Source: Xanthobacteraceae bacterium (GTDB lineage Bacteria > Pseudomonadota > Alphaproteobacteria > Rhizobiales > Xanthobacteraceae). From it: DNA of 64,000 bases. Shown piece after piece: positions 1-8,814 of this stretch. A program made the translations under genes and the position numbers. Numbering within the stretch: the first letter of the stretch is position 1; each line of letters begins with the position of its first letter. The stretch spans positions 12,386-76,385 of the forward strand of contig JBAPZR010000639.1 in assembly GCA_049285335.1 (NCBI GenBank), read 5' to 3'. The notes under the pieces are model-generated. The model saw only the letters and a program-made list of their open reading frames with translations. It did no database searches and was not told where the DNA came from.

Positions 1-406
1 TCTCGCCTCGCGGCTCGAAGCGCGGACCAAGGACTATCGAGTGCCCATCGTCATAGGCTCGCGAACGGCGGAAGCGGCGCAGCGCAAATTCGCCGTCATG
101 GAAATCGATTTGATCCTGGTGAAGGGCAAAACGCAGCTGGAAGCCGTGTTCGCCGTGCTGGGCCGTGCCGAGATCGAAGCCGACGCCCGTTGCGTAGAGT
201 TGCGGGAGCTGAATGCGCAAATGCTTGCGCATTTCCGCAAACAGCAATGGGACGATGCGCTGCAAATAAGCTTGCGCTGCCGCAAGCTCGCCAATGGCTT
301 CGATCTTTCAGGTCTTTACGACATGTACGAGGAACGCATCGGGGCCTATCGTGCGCATCCGCCGGGATCGGATTGGGACGGGGTATACGAAGCCGAGACG
401 AAGTGA
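1..406 (+). CDS. Class III adenylate/guanylate cyclase, C-terminal fragment (5' end lies outside the window)
   Basis: Frame is open from position 2. Begins ..LASRLEARTKDYRVPIVIGSRT, matching the NLASRLE-type cyclase catalytic motif, and stops at 406. Confidence 0.7.
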   Translation, partial: LASRLEARTKDYRVPIVIGSRTAEAAQRKFAVMEIDLILVKGKTQLEAVFAVLGRAEIEADARCVELRELNAQMLAHFRKQQWDDALQISLRCRKLANGFDLSGLYDMYEERIGAYRAHPPGSDWDGVYEAETK

Positions 407-528
407 CCCTCTCCGGCCGAATGACCCTCGCGTCGCGCCGTACGGGTTATGCCCCTAAGCGGAATCAGGTGCGCGCAGAGCGATCCGGCCGCTTCGCGGG
501 TCCCGCGTTACAAATTGTCGCAGGATGA

Positions 529-1080
529 TCAGTTCCGGCCGCCGCCTGCCAGCACGGCGCGGGTGGCCCGATCGGGCCCAAAATCGTCGACGCTGTCGAT
601 GGCAAGGAGATCGGCAAGGCGCGTGCGAGCGCGATTGACGCGACTCTTGATGGTGCCGACGGCGCAGCCGCAGATGGCCGCCGCATCGTCGTAGGAGAAG
701 CCGGAAGCGCCCACCAAGATCAACGCTTCGCGCTGATCGGCCGGCAATTTCGCGAGCGCGGCGCGAAATTCCTGGAACTCGACGCGTCCAGTCTGTTCTG
801 GATGCGACTTTAAAGTTTCGGCATAGCGGCCCTCGGCGTCCTCCACCTCGCGCCGCCGCTTGCGATATTCGGATCGGAACAGGTTGCGCAAAATGGTGAA
901 CAGCCATGCCGGCATATTGGTGCCCGGCTCGAACGAATCGATATGGGCCAGCGCGCGCAGGAGGGTCTCCTGCACCAGATCATCGGCGCGATCGATGTTC
1001 CCGCACAACGAAATGGCAAACGCGCGCAGGCTCGGCACGGTGGCGAGAACTTGATCGCGTATCGCAGGGTCAAGCTTCAT
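529..1080 (-). CDS. ecfG: ECF sigma factor, EcfG (general stress response) type
   Basis: 183 aa with sigma-70 region 2 (DDLVQETLLRAL) and region 4 (REALILVGASGFSYDDAAAICGCAVGTIKSRV). Lies 16 nt downstream of nepR and divergent from phyR. Confidence 0.85.
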   Translation of the reverse strand: MKLDPAIRDQVLATVPSLRAFAISLCGNIDRADDLVQETLLRALAHIDSFEPGTNMPAWLFTILRNLFRSEYRKRRREVEDAEGRYAETLKSHPEQTGRVEFQEFRAALAKLPADQREALILVGASGFSYDDAAAICGCAVGTIKSRVNRARTRLADLLAIDSVDDFGPDRATRAVLAGGGRN

Positions 1081-1096
1081 GCTGCTCTGTCCACCA

Positions 1097-1354
1097 TCAA
1101 TCCTGGTCTTGGTCGCTCAAGCGACGAACGAGATCGGCGAGATGCTGGGGTACGCCTTGGTTGACGACGTCGTTGTACATAGCACGCAACTGCTGCCCGA
1201 TTCGGGCCTGAACCTCGCGACCCAGGCGTGCCTCGCCCCTGTGATGCGTCGTGGCTGGCCTCGCCATCGGATCTTGGCTCTCCGGCTTGTCCGCGACCGG
1301 GTCCAGGCTGGTCTTGCGGTGCTTCATCGCGTCATCTTTCCCCCGTTCGCCCAT
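1097..1354 (-). CDS. nepR: Anti-sigma factor NepR
   Basis: 85 aa with IGQQLRAMYNDVVNQGVPQHLADLVRRL, the conserved NepR helix pattern. Position between the promoter and ecfG fits. An alternative start at 1327 is possible. Confidence 0.75.
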   Translation of the reverse strand: MGERGKDDAMKHRKTSLDPVADKPESQDPMARPATTHHRGEARLGREVQARIGQQLRAMYNDVVNQGVPQHLADLVRRLSDQDQD

Positions 1355-1380
1355 TGCCGCTACCTCGATTAACGTGCGCT

Positions 1381-1406
1381 AACGCCCTGACAGGCGGGGG
1401 AGTTCC
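1381..1406 (-). promoter_or_regulatory. Sigma-EcfG type promoter for nepR-ecfG
   Basis: The minus strand reads GGAAC (1406-1402), 17-nt spacer, CGTT (1384-1381), about 27 nt upstream of the nepR start. Confidence 0.6.
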
Positions 1407-1424
1407 GCCCATCCGGCCACATCC

Positions 1425-1449
1425 GGAACTTTTTTTGCGTTTAGTGGTT
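1425..1449 (+). promoter_or_regulatory. Candidate sigma-EcfG type promoter for phyR (imperfect -10)
   Basis: GGAAC (1425-1429), 16-nt spacer, GGTT (1446-1449), about 45 nt upstream of the phyR GTG. Confidence 0.4.
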
Positions 1450-1492
1450 TTCGCCAATAACCTCAGCGCACTATGGAAGGGGAGGGTGTTTC

Positions 1493-2311
1493 GTGTCTAC
1501 TTCGCAAGCCGTACTCCAACATCTGCCGTCGTTGCGCCGCTATGCGCGCGCTTTGACCGGTAATCAGGCTTCCGGCGACGCCTACGTCGTCGCGACGGTG
1601 GAGTCGTTGATCGCCAGCCCGCAAACCCTTGAGGAAAGCGCCAATCTGCGCGTTGGCCTCTATCGGCTGTTCACGAAAATCTGGAACTCCGTGGCCGTGA
1701 ACGACAAAGCGGAAGCCGCCGCGACGGCCCTGCCGCCGGAACGGCACCTCACGCAGATCACGCCGCGGCCGCGTCAGGCTTTCTTGCTGGTCGCTCTGGA
1801 AGGTTTCTCCGAAGACGATGCGGCGGAAGTGCTCGATTGCGATCTGCAAACGCTTCGCGCGCTCGTCGAGGAATCCGGCCGCGAGCTCGCGGCCGAGATC
1901 GCAACCGATGTTCTCATCATCGAAGATGAGACTTTCATCGCGATGGACATCGAAGCCCTGGTCGAGAGCCTCGGCCATAAGGTCATCGGCATTGCGCGCA
2001 CCCACAGCGAGGCCCTGGCTTTGGCAAAAACAAAACGCCCAGGACTCATTCTCGCCGATATCCAGCTTGCCGACGGCAGTTCGGGGCTCGATGCAGTCAA
2101 TGAGCTCCTCGGCTCGTTCGAGGTGCCGGTGATCTTTATCACTGCTTATCCGGAGCGATTCCTCACCGGACAACGGCCCGAACCGGCCTTCCTGATCGCA
2201 AAGCCGTTCCAGGTCGCGGTGGTGTCGGCGGTCGTGAGCCAGGCGATGTTCTTCGGCCGCAAAGCGCGCCAGCGCGAGCGCAAGCCAAGCGAACGCCAAG
2301 CGAGCTTGTAA
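1493..2311 (+). CDS. phyR: Anti-anti-sigma response regulator PhyR (sigma-like domain plus receiver)
   Basis: 272 aa. The N-terminus is an ECF-sigma-like domain (LPSLRRYARALTG). The C-terminus is a receiver domain (VLIIEDETFIAMDIE...LILADIQLADGSSG). GTG start preceded by GGAAGGGGAGGG. Confidence 0.9.
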   Translation: MSTSQAVLQHLPSLRRYARALTGNQASGDAYVVATVESLIASPQTLEESANLRVGLYRLFTKIWNSVAVNDKAEAAATALPPERHLTQITPRPRQAFLLVALEGFSEDDAAEVLDCDLQTLRALVEESGRELAAEIATDVLIIEDETFIAMDIEALVESLGHKVIGIARTHSEALALAKTKRPGLILADIQLADGSSGLDAVNELLGSFEVPVIFITAYPERFLTGQRPEPAFLIAKPFQVAVVSAVVSQAMFFGRKARQRERKPSERQASL

Positions 2312-2483
2312 TTTCAAGCTTGCAAATTCTCGTCGCGTTGAATCCCGCGTGTGAAGCAAAATTGCGCTTGGTCGTGCGATGTTCTGCGCGCGGCCGGTGA
2401 CGATGGTGTTGTGGCGACGGCGTCGCGATGCGTTTGTTGCTCAGATTTGTTGTTTGATCCTGCGCACGGTCGGCGCGTTGGTC

Positions 2484-2525
2484 AAAAAAGTTCGGGCGCA
2501 GCCGATCGGCATATCGGCTGCGCCC
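2484..2525 (-). terminator. Rho-independent terminator oriented for the minus strand
   Basis: Perfect 13-bp stem GGGCGCAGCCGAT/ATCGGCTGCGCCC with a 6-nt loop. A T6 run is present only on the minus-strand side. Confidence 0.55.
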
Positions 2526-2576
2526 ACATTCACGAACGGCCAAGCACGGGGGAGGGGGAAAGAATGGCCGCTCGCA
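2484..2576 (-). ncRNA. Candidate small RNA: C-rich-loop hairpin plus intrinsic terminator
   Basis: Minus strand has a 12-bp stem (2576-2565 pairs with 2542-2531, 3 G-U pairs) around the 22-nt loop UUCUUUCCCCCUCCCCCGUGCU. A 5-nt linker follows, then a 13-bp perfect terminator stem (2525-2494), then GAAC and U6 (2489-2484). GGAAC-N16-GCTT lies just upstream (2607-2583). No minus-strand gene exists for several kb to the right. Confidence 0.4.
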
Positions 2577-2676
2577 GTTGATAAGCGCCAACCGCCATTT
2601 TTGTTCCCGCCTGTTCCCGTTGCTCATAATTCGCAAGGAGAAAATGGCAATAAGGACTTTGGCTGCCCCCGATGAT

Positions 2677-2701
2677 GGAACGCACGCCGCCGATGCACGT
2701 T
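2677..2701 (+). promoter_or_regulatory. Consensus sigma-EcfG promoter upstream of the small exported-protein gene
   Basis: Exact GGAAC (2677-2681), N16, CGTT (2698-2701), 86 nt upstream of the ATG at 2787. Confidence 0.6.
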
Positions 2702-2786
2702 AGCGAGGCGGTATGGTTGGCTTGGGGGGTTTTCGTGTGCCTGATCGATCCTAGGGGTGATCGCATCGGTGCGGCGGAGCGGTCCG

Positions 2787-3107
2787 ATGGCCAAGCTTAT
2801 GATACGAATTGCAGGCGCGTTCGGCGTAACGGCGCTGGCGGCTTTTTTCCTCGGCTTCCTTCCGCTTTTGGGTGATCCCACCGCCGGAGCCGGCGTGGCC
2901 GCCAAGAGAACGCCGTCGTTCTCGGTGAACCGGGAATTGAAGGGCGATCGTCTGCCGATTTCGAACGTAACGCCGGCGGCGCCGCGCAGCGGTTCGAATG
3001 TGGAGCGATCGGATAGGCCCGATCAGATTCCGGTTGGGTGCGAAGGCTCGTTTTCGCCGATCTCGGCTCCTCAGTTCGCCCATGTTTTCGGGCGTTGCAT
3101 GACCTAG
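2787..3107 (+). CDS. Small exported or membrane-anchored hypothetical protein
   Basis: ATG at 2787 with GGAG 6 nt upstream. N-terminal hydrophobic segment MAKLMIRIAGAFGVTALAAFFLGFLPLLG. The ORF-track GTG at 2757 is a less likely start. Confidence 0.6.
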   Translation: MAKLMIRIAGAFGVTALAAFFLGFLPLLGDPTAGAGVAAKRTPSFSVNRELKGDRLPISNVTPAAPRSGSNVERSDRPDQIPVGCEGSFSPISAPQFAHVFGRCMT

Positions 3108-3267
3108 TGTGCCGATTTCGAAGTTCGTCACACCTCGCGGCACTTTCTTAGCGAACTTCGGAATCGAAAGGACACTACCAAGTAAGTAATTCTAGTGTGG
3201 TTTTTGGATTTGAAGTTCCTATACGCGAGTGTCGCCAAATCATTGGAACTTCAAATCCACCACACTA
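3108..3267 (+). repeat. Composite double-hairpin repeat element, copy 1 (paralog at 42421-42577)
   Basis: Starts 1 nt after the stop codon. Hairpin 1 pairs 3113-3127 with 3152-3166 (15 bp). Hairpin 2 pairs 3193-3219 with 3245-3267. About 75 percent identical by eye to the second copy. Confidence 0.75.
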
Positions 3268-3446
3268 GGTCGTGGGACCTGATCGTTCGCACCGTTCCAT
3301 CTGATTGAAGAGTCTCCGAACCAAATTTACGACGGCGTCCCCAGATCGCACCCGTTGATTGGCGCCGTTGCCGTTTGCGTCGACATCCCCTTCCGTCATC
3401 GCACCAAATCGCTACAGTGGCGCCCGCTTGAGGCGGGGGAGACACC

Positions 3447-4349
3447 GTGAAAGAAGAAGTTGTCAGCTTTCAATCGGCCGGCTTGCGGCTGCATGGCATG
3501 ATCGGCGCGCCCGAAACATTACGCGCCGGGGGGCGGCGGGCGGCCTTTTTGGTTCTGCACGGCTTCGGTTCGAATTCGGAAAGCACCAACGTTTTGCAGC
3601 CGACCCGCGTTCTCAACGAATTCGGCTATGTCACGCTGCGTTTCGACATGCGCGGTTGCGGCAAAAGCGAAGGCCAATTCGGCCGCGTCATCTGTCTCGA
3701 GCAAGTTGAGGATCTCAACAATGCGTTGACGTTCCTGGCGACCCATCCCGCCGTCGATCCGGCGCGTATCGGCGCCATCGGTTCGAGCTTCGGCGGCGCG
3801 GTCGCCGTTTATGCCGGCGGCACCAATCCGCGCTTGGCCGCGGTGATTTCGAACGGCGGCTGGGGTCACGGCGAACGCAAATTCCGCGGCCAGCACCGCA
3901 CGCCCGAGGCGTGGGCCAAATTCACCAAAATGCTGGAGGAGGGGCGCGCTCATCGCGCGCGAACCGGACAATCGCTGATGGTGCCGCGCTACGACATCGT
4001 GCCGATACCCGAGCACGTCCGGCAGAAACTGGAGCGGCAAAAGGTCGGAATGCTGGCGCCGAATTCCGTCGAAATGTTTCCGGCGGAAACGGCGCAGAGC
4101 ATGTTCGATTTCCGCGCCGAGGACGTGGTCGGGCAAATCGCGCCGCGGCCGCTATTATTGATCCACGCCGCCAACGATTCCGTCACGCCCACCGAGCAGT
4201 CGATCGAAATGTTCAAGCGCGCCGGGCAACCGACCGAGCTGCATCTGTTCAGCGGGCTTGATCATTTTCTGTTCGCGGAGAATTCGACTCGGGTCTGGGC
4301 CGCGCTGCGCAATTGGCTCGACGCCTATTTCCCCACGGCGAGCTCATGA
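3447..4349 (+). CDS. Alpha/beta hydrolase
   Basis: 300 aa with the GSSFGG nucleophile elbow, HGFGS, and the late acid/His motifs ANDSV and LDHF. GTG start with GGGGGAGA upstream. Confidence 0.85.
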   Translation: MKEEVVSFQSAGLRLHGMIGAPETLRAGGRRAAFLVLHGFGSNSESTNVLQPTRVLNEFGYVTLRFDMRGCGKSEGQFGRVICLEQVEDLNNALTFLATHPAVDPARIGAIGSSFGGAVAVYAGGTNPRLAAVISNGGWGHGERKFRGQHRTPEAWAKFTKMLEEGRAHRARTGQSLMVPRYDIVPIPEHVRQKLERQKVGMLAPNSVEMFPAETAQSMFDFRAEDVVGQIAPRPLLLIHAANDSVTPTEQSIEMFKRAGQPTELHLFSGLDHFLFAENSTRVWAALRNWLDAYFPTASS

Positions 4350-4416
4350 TACGAAACAGTGCGGGGCTTTTTTTGATAAACGTTGCAAACGATCAGATGA
4401 CAGCCCGGAGCGCCGC

Positions 4417-5469
4417 GTGAATTCAGACAAGATCTCGGTCGGCCACGAGGAGCTCGGCCGTTTCATCCGCGATCTCCTTGTCAAGTACGACGCCAGCGAC
4501 CACGACGCCGCGGTGGTCGCGAACGGTTTGGTCTGGGCCAATCTGCGCGGCAGCGACGGCCACGGCGTGTCGCGCCTGCCGCGTTACCTCAATCTCCTCG
4601 CGCGCCGCGAGATCGATCCGAAGGCGCAGCCGCGCATCGTGCACGATCGCGCCGCGACCTTCGTGGTCGATGCCGGTCACGGATTTGGTCCGGTCGCGGT
4701 AATGCACGCGGCCGCGCTAACGGTCGAGCGGGCGAAGCAGACCGGCATTTGCTTGGCGCTCATTCGACATACCACGCATACCGGCGCGATCGGACGCTAT
4801 GCGCAATGGATTGCCGAGAACGGCTGCGCCGCGGTGCTGATGGGCGCAGGTCCCGCGTTGATGGCTTATTACGGCGCGCGCGTGGCGAGCATGGCGACAA
4901 GCCCGATCGCGATTGCGGTGCCGAGCGGCAAAGGCCCCATCGTGCTCGACATGGCGACCAGCACGATATCCAACGGAAAGATCCTGCAAGCGCGCAATAC
5001 GGGTGCGGCGCTCCCGGAAGGCGCCGCGCTCAATGCGGCCGGCCAAGCCACCACCGATGCGAAAGACGCCGAGATCCTTTTGCCGCTTGGCGGGCCTAAG
5101 GGCTCGGGTCTCGCCTTGATGTTCGAAATGCTGGCGAGCGTGCTCGCCGGCGCGCCGATTCAGGCGCGGGCGCTCGGGCCGGAAAAGCGCACGCGTCACA
5201 CCAGCAATACCGCGATGTTCGTCATCGACATCGAAACGTTCCGGCCGCTCGGCGAGTTCGACACCGACGCCGATGTGCTGACCGCCATCGTCAAAGCGCT
5301 GCCGTTGCAGGCGGGATTCGACGAAATTCTTCTGCCCGGCGAGCGCGGAAACCGCACCGCGGCCGCGCGCCGCATATCGGGCATTCCGATTCCGAAGAAG
5401 CTATGGGAGGAACTCGGCGCCATCGCCAAGGCGCATGGCGTCACGCCTCTGCAAGCCGCAGGCCGATAA
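4417..5469 (+). CDS. Ldh2-family malate/L-lactate/ureidoglycolate-type dehydrogenase
   Basis: ANLRGSDGHGVSRLPRYL and HTGAIGRY motifs are typical of Ldh_2. Start moved to the GTG at 4417 (GGAG 6 nt upstream); the track start at 4258 overlaps the previous gene. Confidence 0.85.
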   Translation: MNSDKISVGHEELGRFIRDLLVKYDASDHDAAVVANGLVWANLRGSDGHGVSRLPRYLNLLARREIDPKAQPRIVHDRAATFVVDAGHGFGPVAVMHAAALTVERAKQTGICLALIRHTTHTGAIGRYAQWIAENGCAAVLMGAGPALMAYYGARVASMATSPIAIAVPSGKGPIVLDMATSTISNGKILQARNTGAALPEGAALNAAGQATTDAKDAEILLPLGGPKGSGLALMFEMLASVLAGAPIQARALGPEKRTRHTSNTAMFVIDIETFRPLGEFDTDADVLTAIVKALPLQAGFDEILLPGERGNRTAAARRISGIPIPKKLWEELGAIAKAHGVTPLQAAGR

Positions 5470-6153
5470 GCCGCTCGAGCGCCTCATGATCGGCGAGAAG
5501 CTCAGCCGAGCGTCCACGATGGACGACGCGGCCCCGCTCCAGCACGATCACATTTTCCATGAGCGATAATGCAATTTCCACATGCTGTTCGACCAGCATG
5601 ACGGCGTTCGAACGCTCCTTCATCATGCGCTGGATTGCCGCGGCGAGTTCGTCGACGATAATCGGCGCCAAGCCTTCGAGCGGCTCGTCGAGCAGAAGCA
5701 AAGCCGGATTCGTCATCAGCGCCCGCGCAATCGCCAGCATTTGCTGTTCGCCGCCCGATAGCTGATTGCCGAAATTGCGCCGGCGTTCGGCGAGACGGGG
5801 AAAAAGCTCGTAGACGGCCGGCAGCGTCCAACGGCCGCCGCGCGCGGCGACGGTGAGATTCTCCTCAACGGTGAGGGTGGAGAAGATTTCCCGCTCTTGA
5901 GCCACCCAGCCGATGCCGGCGCGTGCGCGGCGATGCGGCGCCTCATAGGTGATGTCGGCGCCGCGCCAGAAGAGGCGCCCGCGGCTCACCCGTGTGTAAC
6001 CCATGATGGTGAGCAGCAAAGTGGATTTGCCGACCCCGTTGCGTCCGAGCACCGCAATACCGTCTTGCGCGGGGAGCTCGAGCGAAATGCCGTCGAGCAC
6101 GACAGCGGAGCCGTAGCCGGCGCGCAGATCGGCGATGGAAAGCAATAGCTCGC

Positions 6154-6157
<4 letters not shown>
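5441..6157 (-). CDS. livF: Branched-chain amino acid ABC transporter ATP-binding protein (LivF-like)
   Basis: Walker A GRNGVGKST, signature LSGGEQQML, Walker B LLLLDEP. Confidence 0.9.
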
Positions 6158-6908
<751 letters not shown>

Positions 6909-6912
<4 letters not shown>

Positions 6913-7898
6913 GATGCCGCCTTCGTCCGCTGCGCCAAAAGCGAAAGTCCGCCGAGCAGTCCATTCGGCAGAACCAGGACGACCGCAATCAACAGAAGGC
7001 CGATCCAGAAATACCAATATTGCGGATTAAGCCCGGAAAACTGATCGCGTGCGACCATATAGACGATCGCGCCCAGGAGTCCGCCATAGAGCCGGCCGGT
7101 ACCGCCGAGAATGAGCATCACCAGGACATCGGCCGAGCGTTGAAAGCCCAAGACTTCAAGCGAGACCGTCTCGGTCGTTTGCGCAAGGAGCGCGCCGGCA
7201 ACGCCGGCGATCATTCCCGCGATTGTATAGATGGTGCGGATATGGGAGCGCGTCGGCGCGCCGATCGCGCGCATGCGCTCGCCGTTGTCGCGAATGCCGC
7301 GGAGCGCCAGACCGAACGGCGAATGCGTCAGCCGCCGGGCGCCGAGAAATATCAGAAACAGCACCGCGAGCGCGTAGCCGTAAGCGGTATAGCCGTAGAG
7401 GTCGAAATGGAATTTTCCGGCGATCGGCCAGGTGTGAATCCCTTGCAAGCCGTCGAAGCCGCCGGTGAGCCAACTCGCACTGTTTGCGGCTTCCTGCAGC
7501 AACAGGCCGATGCCGAGCGTGATCATGATCAGCGGCAGATGCCGGAAGCGGGCGATGATGAAGCTTGTCAGATAGCCGAACGCACCGGCAACAAGGCCGG
7601 CGATCAACAATCCGGTGAGCGGTTCGCCCCAGCCCCATTTGGAAACGAGGCCGGCGGTGTAGGCGCCAACGCCGAAATAAGCGGCATGGCCGAGCGAAAC
7701 CATCCCGGCAAAACCGAGAATGAGATCGAGCGAGAGCACGAACAGAGCGGCGATAGCGACTTGGCTCGCCAAAAGAAGATAGTCCGGCACAAGGACGAAC
7801 GGCAGCAGCGTCGCAAGCCAGAACGCGATTTCGGCGGAGCGCCAGCGCGCTTGCGTTTGCAAAGTGTCGTGCGCTCCGGCGATTGTCGCGCTGGTCAC
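6909..7898 (-). CDS. livM: Branched-chain amino acid ABC transporter permease (LivM-like)
   Basis: Multi-TM permease (LDLILGFAGMVSLGHAAYFGVGAY). The GTG at 7898 overlaps the livH stop. The upstream part of the 522-aa track ORF is livH read out of frame. Confidence 0.85.
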
Positions 7899-8761
7899 GC
7901 CTGGCGTCTCCCGAAAAGGCCTCTCGGACGCGCCATGATCAACACGATCATCACCAAGTAAATGAGGAACGAGCCGATCGCGGGCACGTAATATTTGCCG
8001 GCGATATCGCTGACTCCGAGCAGCATGGCAGCCGCGAATGAACCGGCAACAGAGCCGAGCCCGCCGACCGAAACGACGATCAAAACGTAGATCAAATAGG
8101 TGAAGGCAAAGGACGGATCGAGACCGACCATGGCGATTGCCAGCGCGCCGCCGAGCCCGGCGAGGCCGCTGCCAAGCGCGAAGGTGATCGCAAACACCGT
8201 ATCGACGTCGATGCCAAGCCCGCGCGCCATTCTCTGATTGTTGACGGCGGCGCGAACCTGGGCGCCAAAGCGGGTCATTTCCAGTGCGGCGACAAGCAAC
8301 ACCGTGATCAAGAGCGCGGCGGCGATGAGGAATAGCCGATAGACGGCCAGGTAGAGGCCGGCAAACGCAATCGAACCACGCAGGAAGTCCGGCAATTGAA
8401 CCGGCTGCTGGTCGGTGCCGTAAATATAGGCAGCTGCGGCGATCGAAACGAACACCACGCCGATCGTCAAAAGACACTGGTCGAGGTCGCTCGCGTGATA
8501 GAAGCGACGAAAGATGGCCCGCTCCAGGACGACGCTTGCCGCGGCGGCTGCGATGAAGGCAATGGGCAGTGCGGCAAAGAACGGCCAGCCGAGGAAATTC
8601 ATTAAACTGACGGTGACATAACCGCCGAGCATGGCGAAGCTGCAGTGCGCCAGGTTGACGAAGTTCATCATCCCGAGCGTCACCGAAAGCCCCACCGACA
8701 GCAGGAACAACAGCATTCCGTAAGCGATGCCGTCGAACAGCACGCCGAAGACCGGGGGCAT
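7895..8761 (-). CDS. livH: Branched-chain amino acid ABC transporter permease (LivH-like)
   Basis: 288 aa, hydrophobic throughout, MNFVNLAHCSFAMLGGY motif typical of LivH. Confidence 0.9.
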   Translation of the reverse strand: MPPVFGVLFDGIAYGMLLFLLSVGLSVTLGMMNFVNLAHCSFAMLGGYVTVSLMNFLGWPFFAALPIAFIAAAAASVVLERAIFRRFYHASDLDQCLLTIGVVFVSIAAAAYIYGTDQQPVQLPDFLRGSIAFAGLYLAVYRLFLIAAALLITVLLVAALEMTRFGAQVRAAVNNQRMARGLGIDVDTVFAITFALGSGLAGLGGALAIAMVGLDPSFAFTYLIYVLIVVSVGGLGSVAGSFAAAMLLGVSDIAGKYYVPAIGSFLIYLVMIVLIMARPRGLFGRRQA

Positions 8762-8814
8762 CGCGCGTTCGCCTTAAGTGTGATGCTGCCGCGTCACCGC
8801 GGCGTCGTTCCGGA

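Noticed and set aside
2163-2636. 157-aa minus-strand ORF spanning the phyR 3' end and the candidate sRNA.
   Set aside because: It reads straight through a 13-bp terminator stem and into antisense phyR. The translation (..PFFPPPPCLAVRECGRSRYADRL..) is not protein-like.
2644-2703. 19-codon ORF with AAGGAG immediately upstream (MAIRTLAAPDDGTHAADAR).
   Set aside because: The RBS-to-ATG spacing is only 3 nt, it overlaps the EcfG-type promoter, and nothing supports it as a leader peptide.
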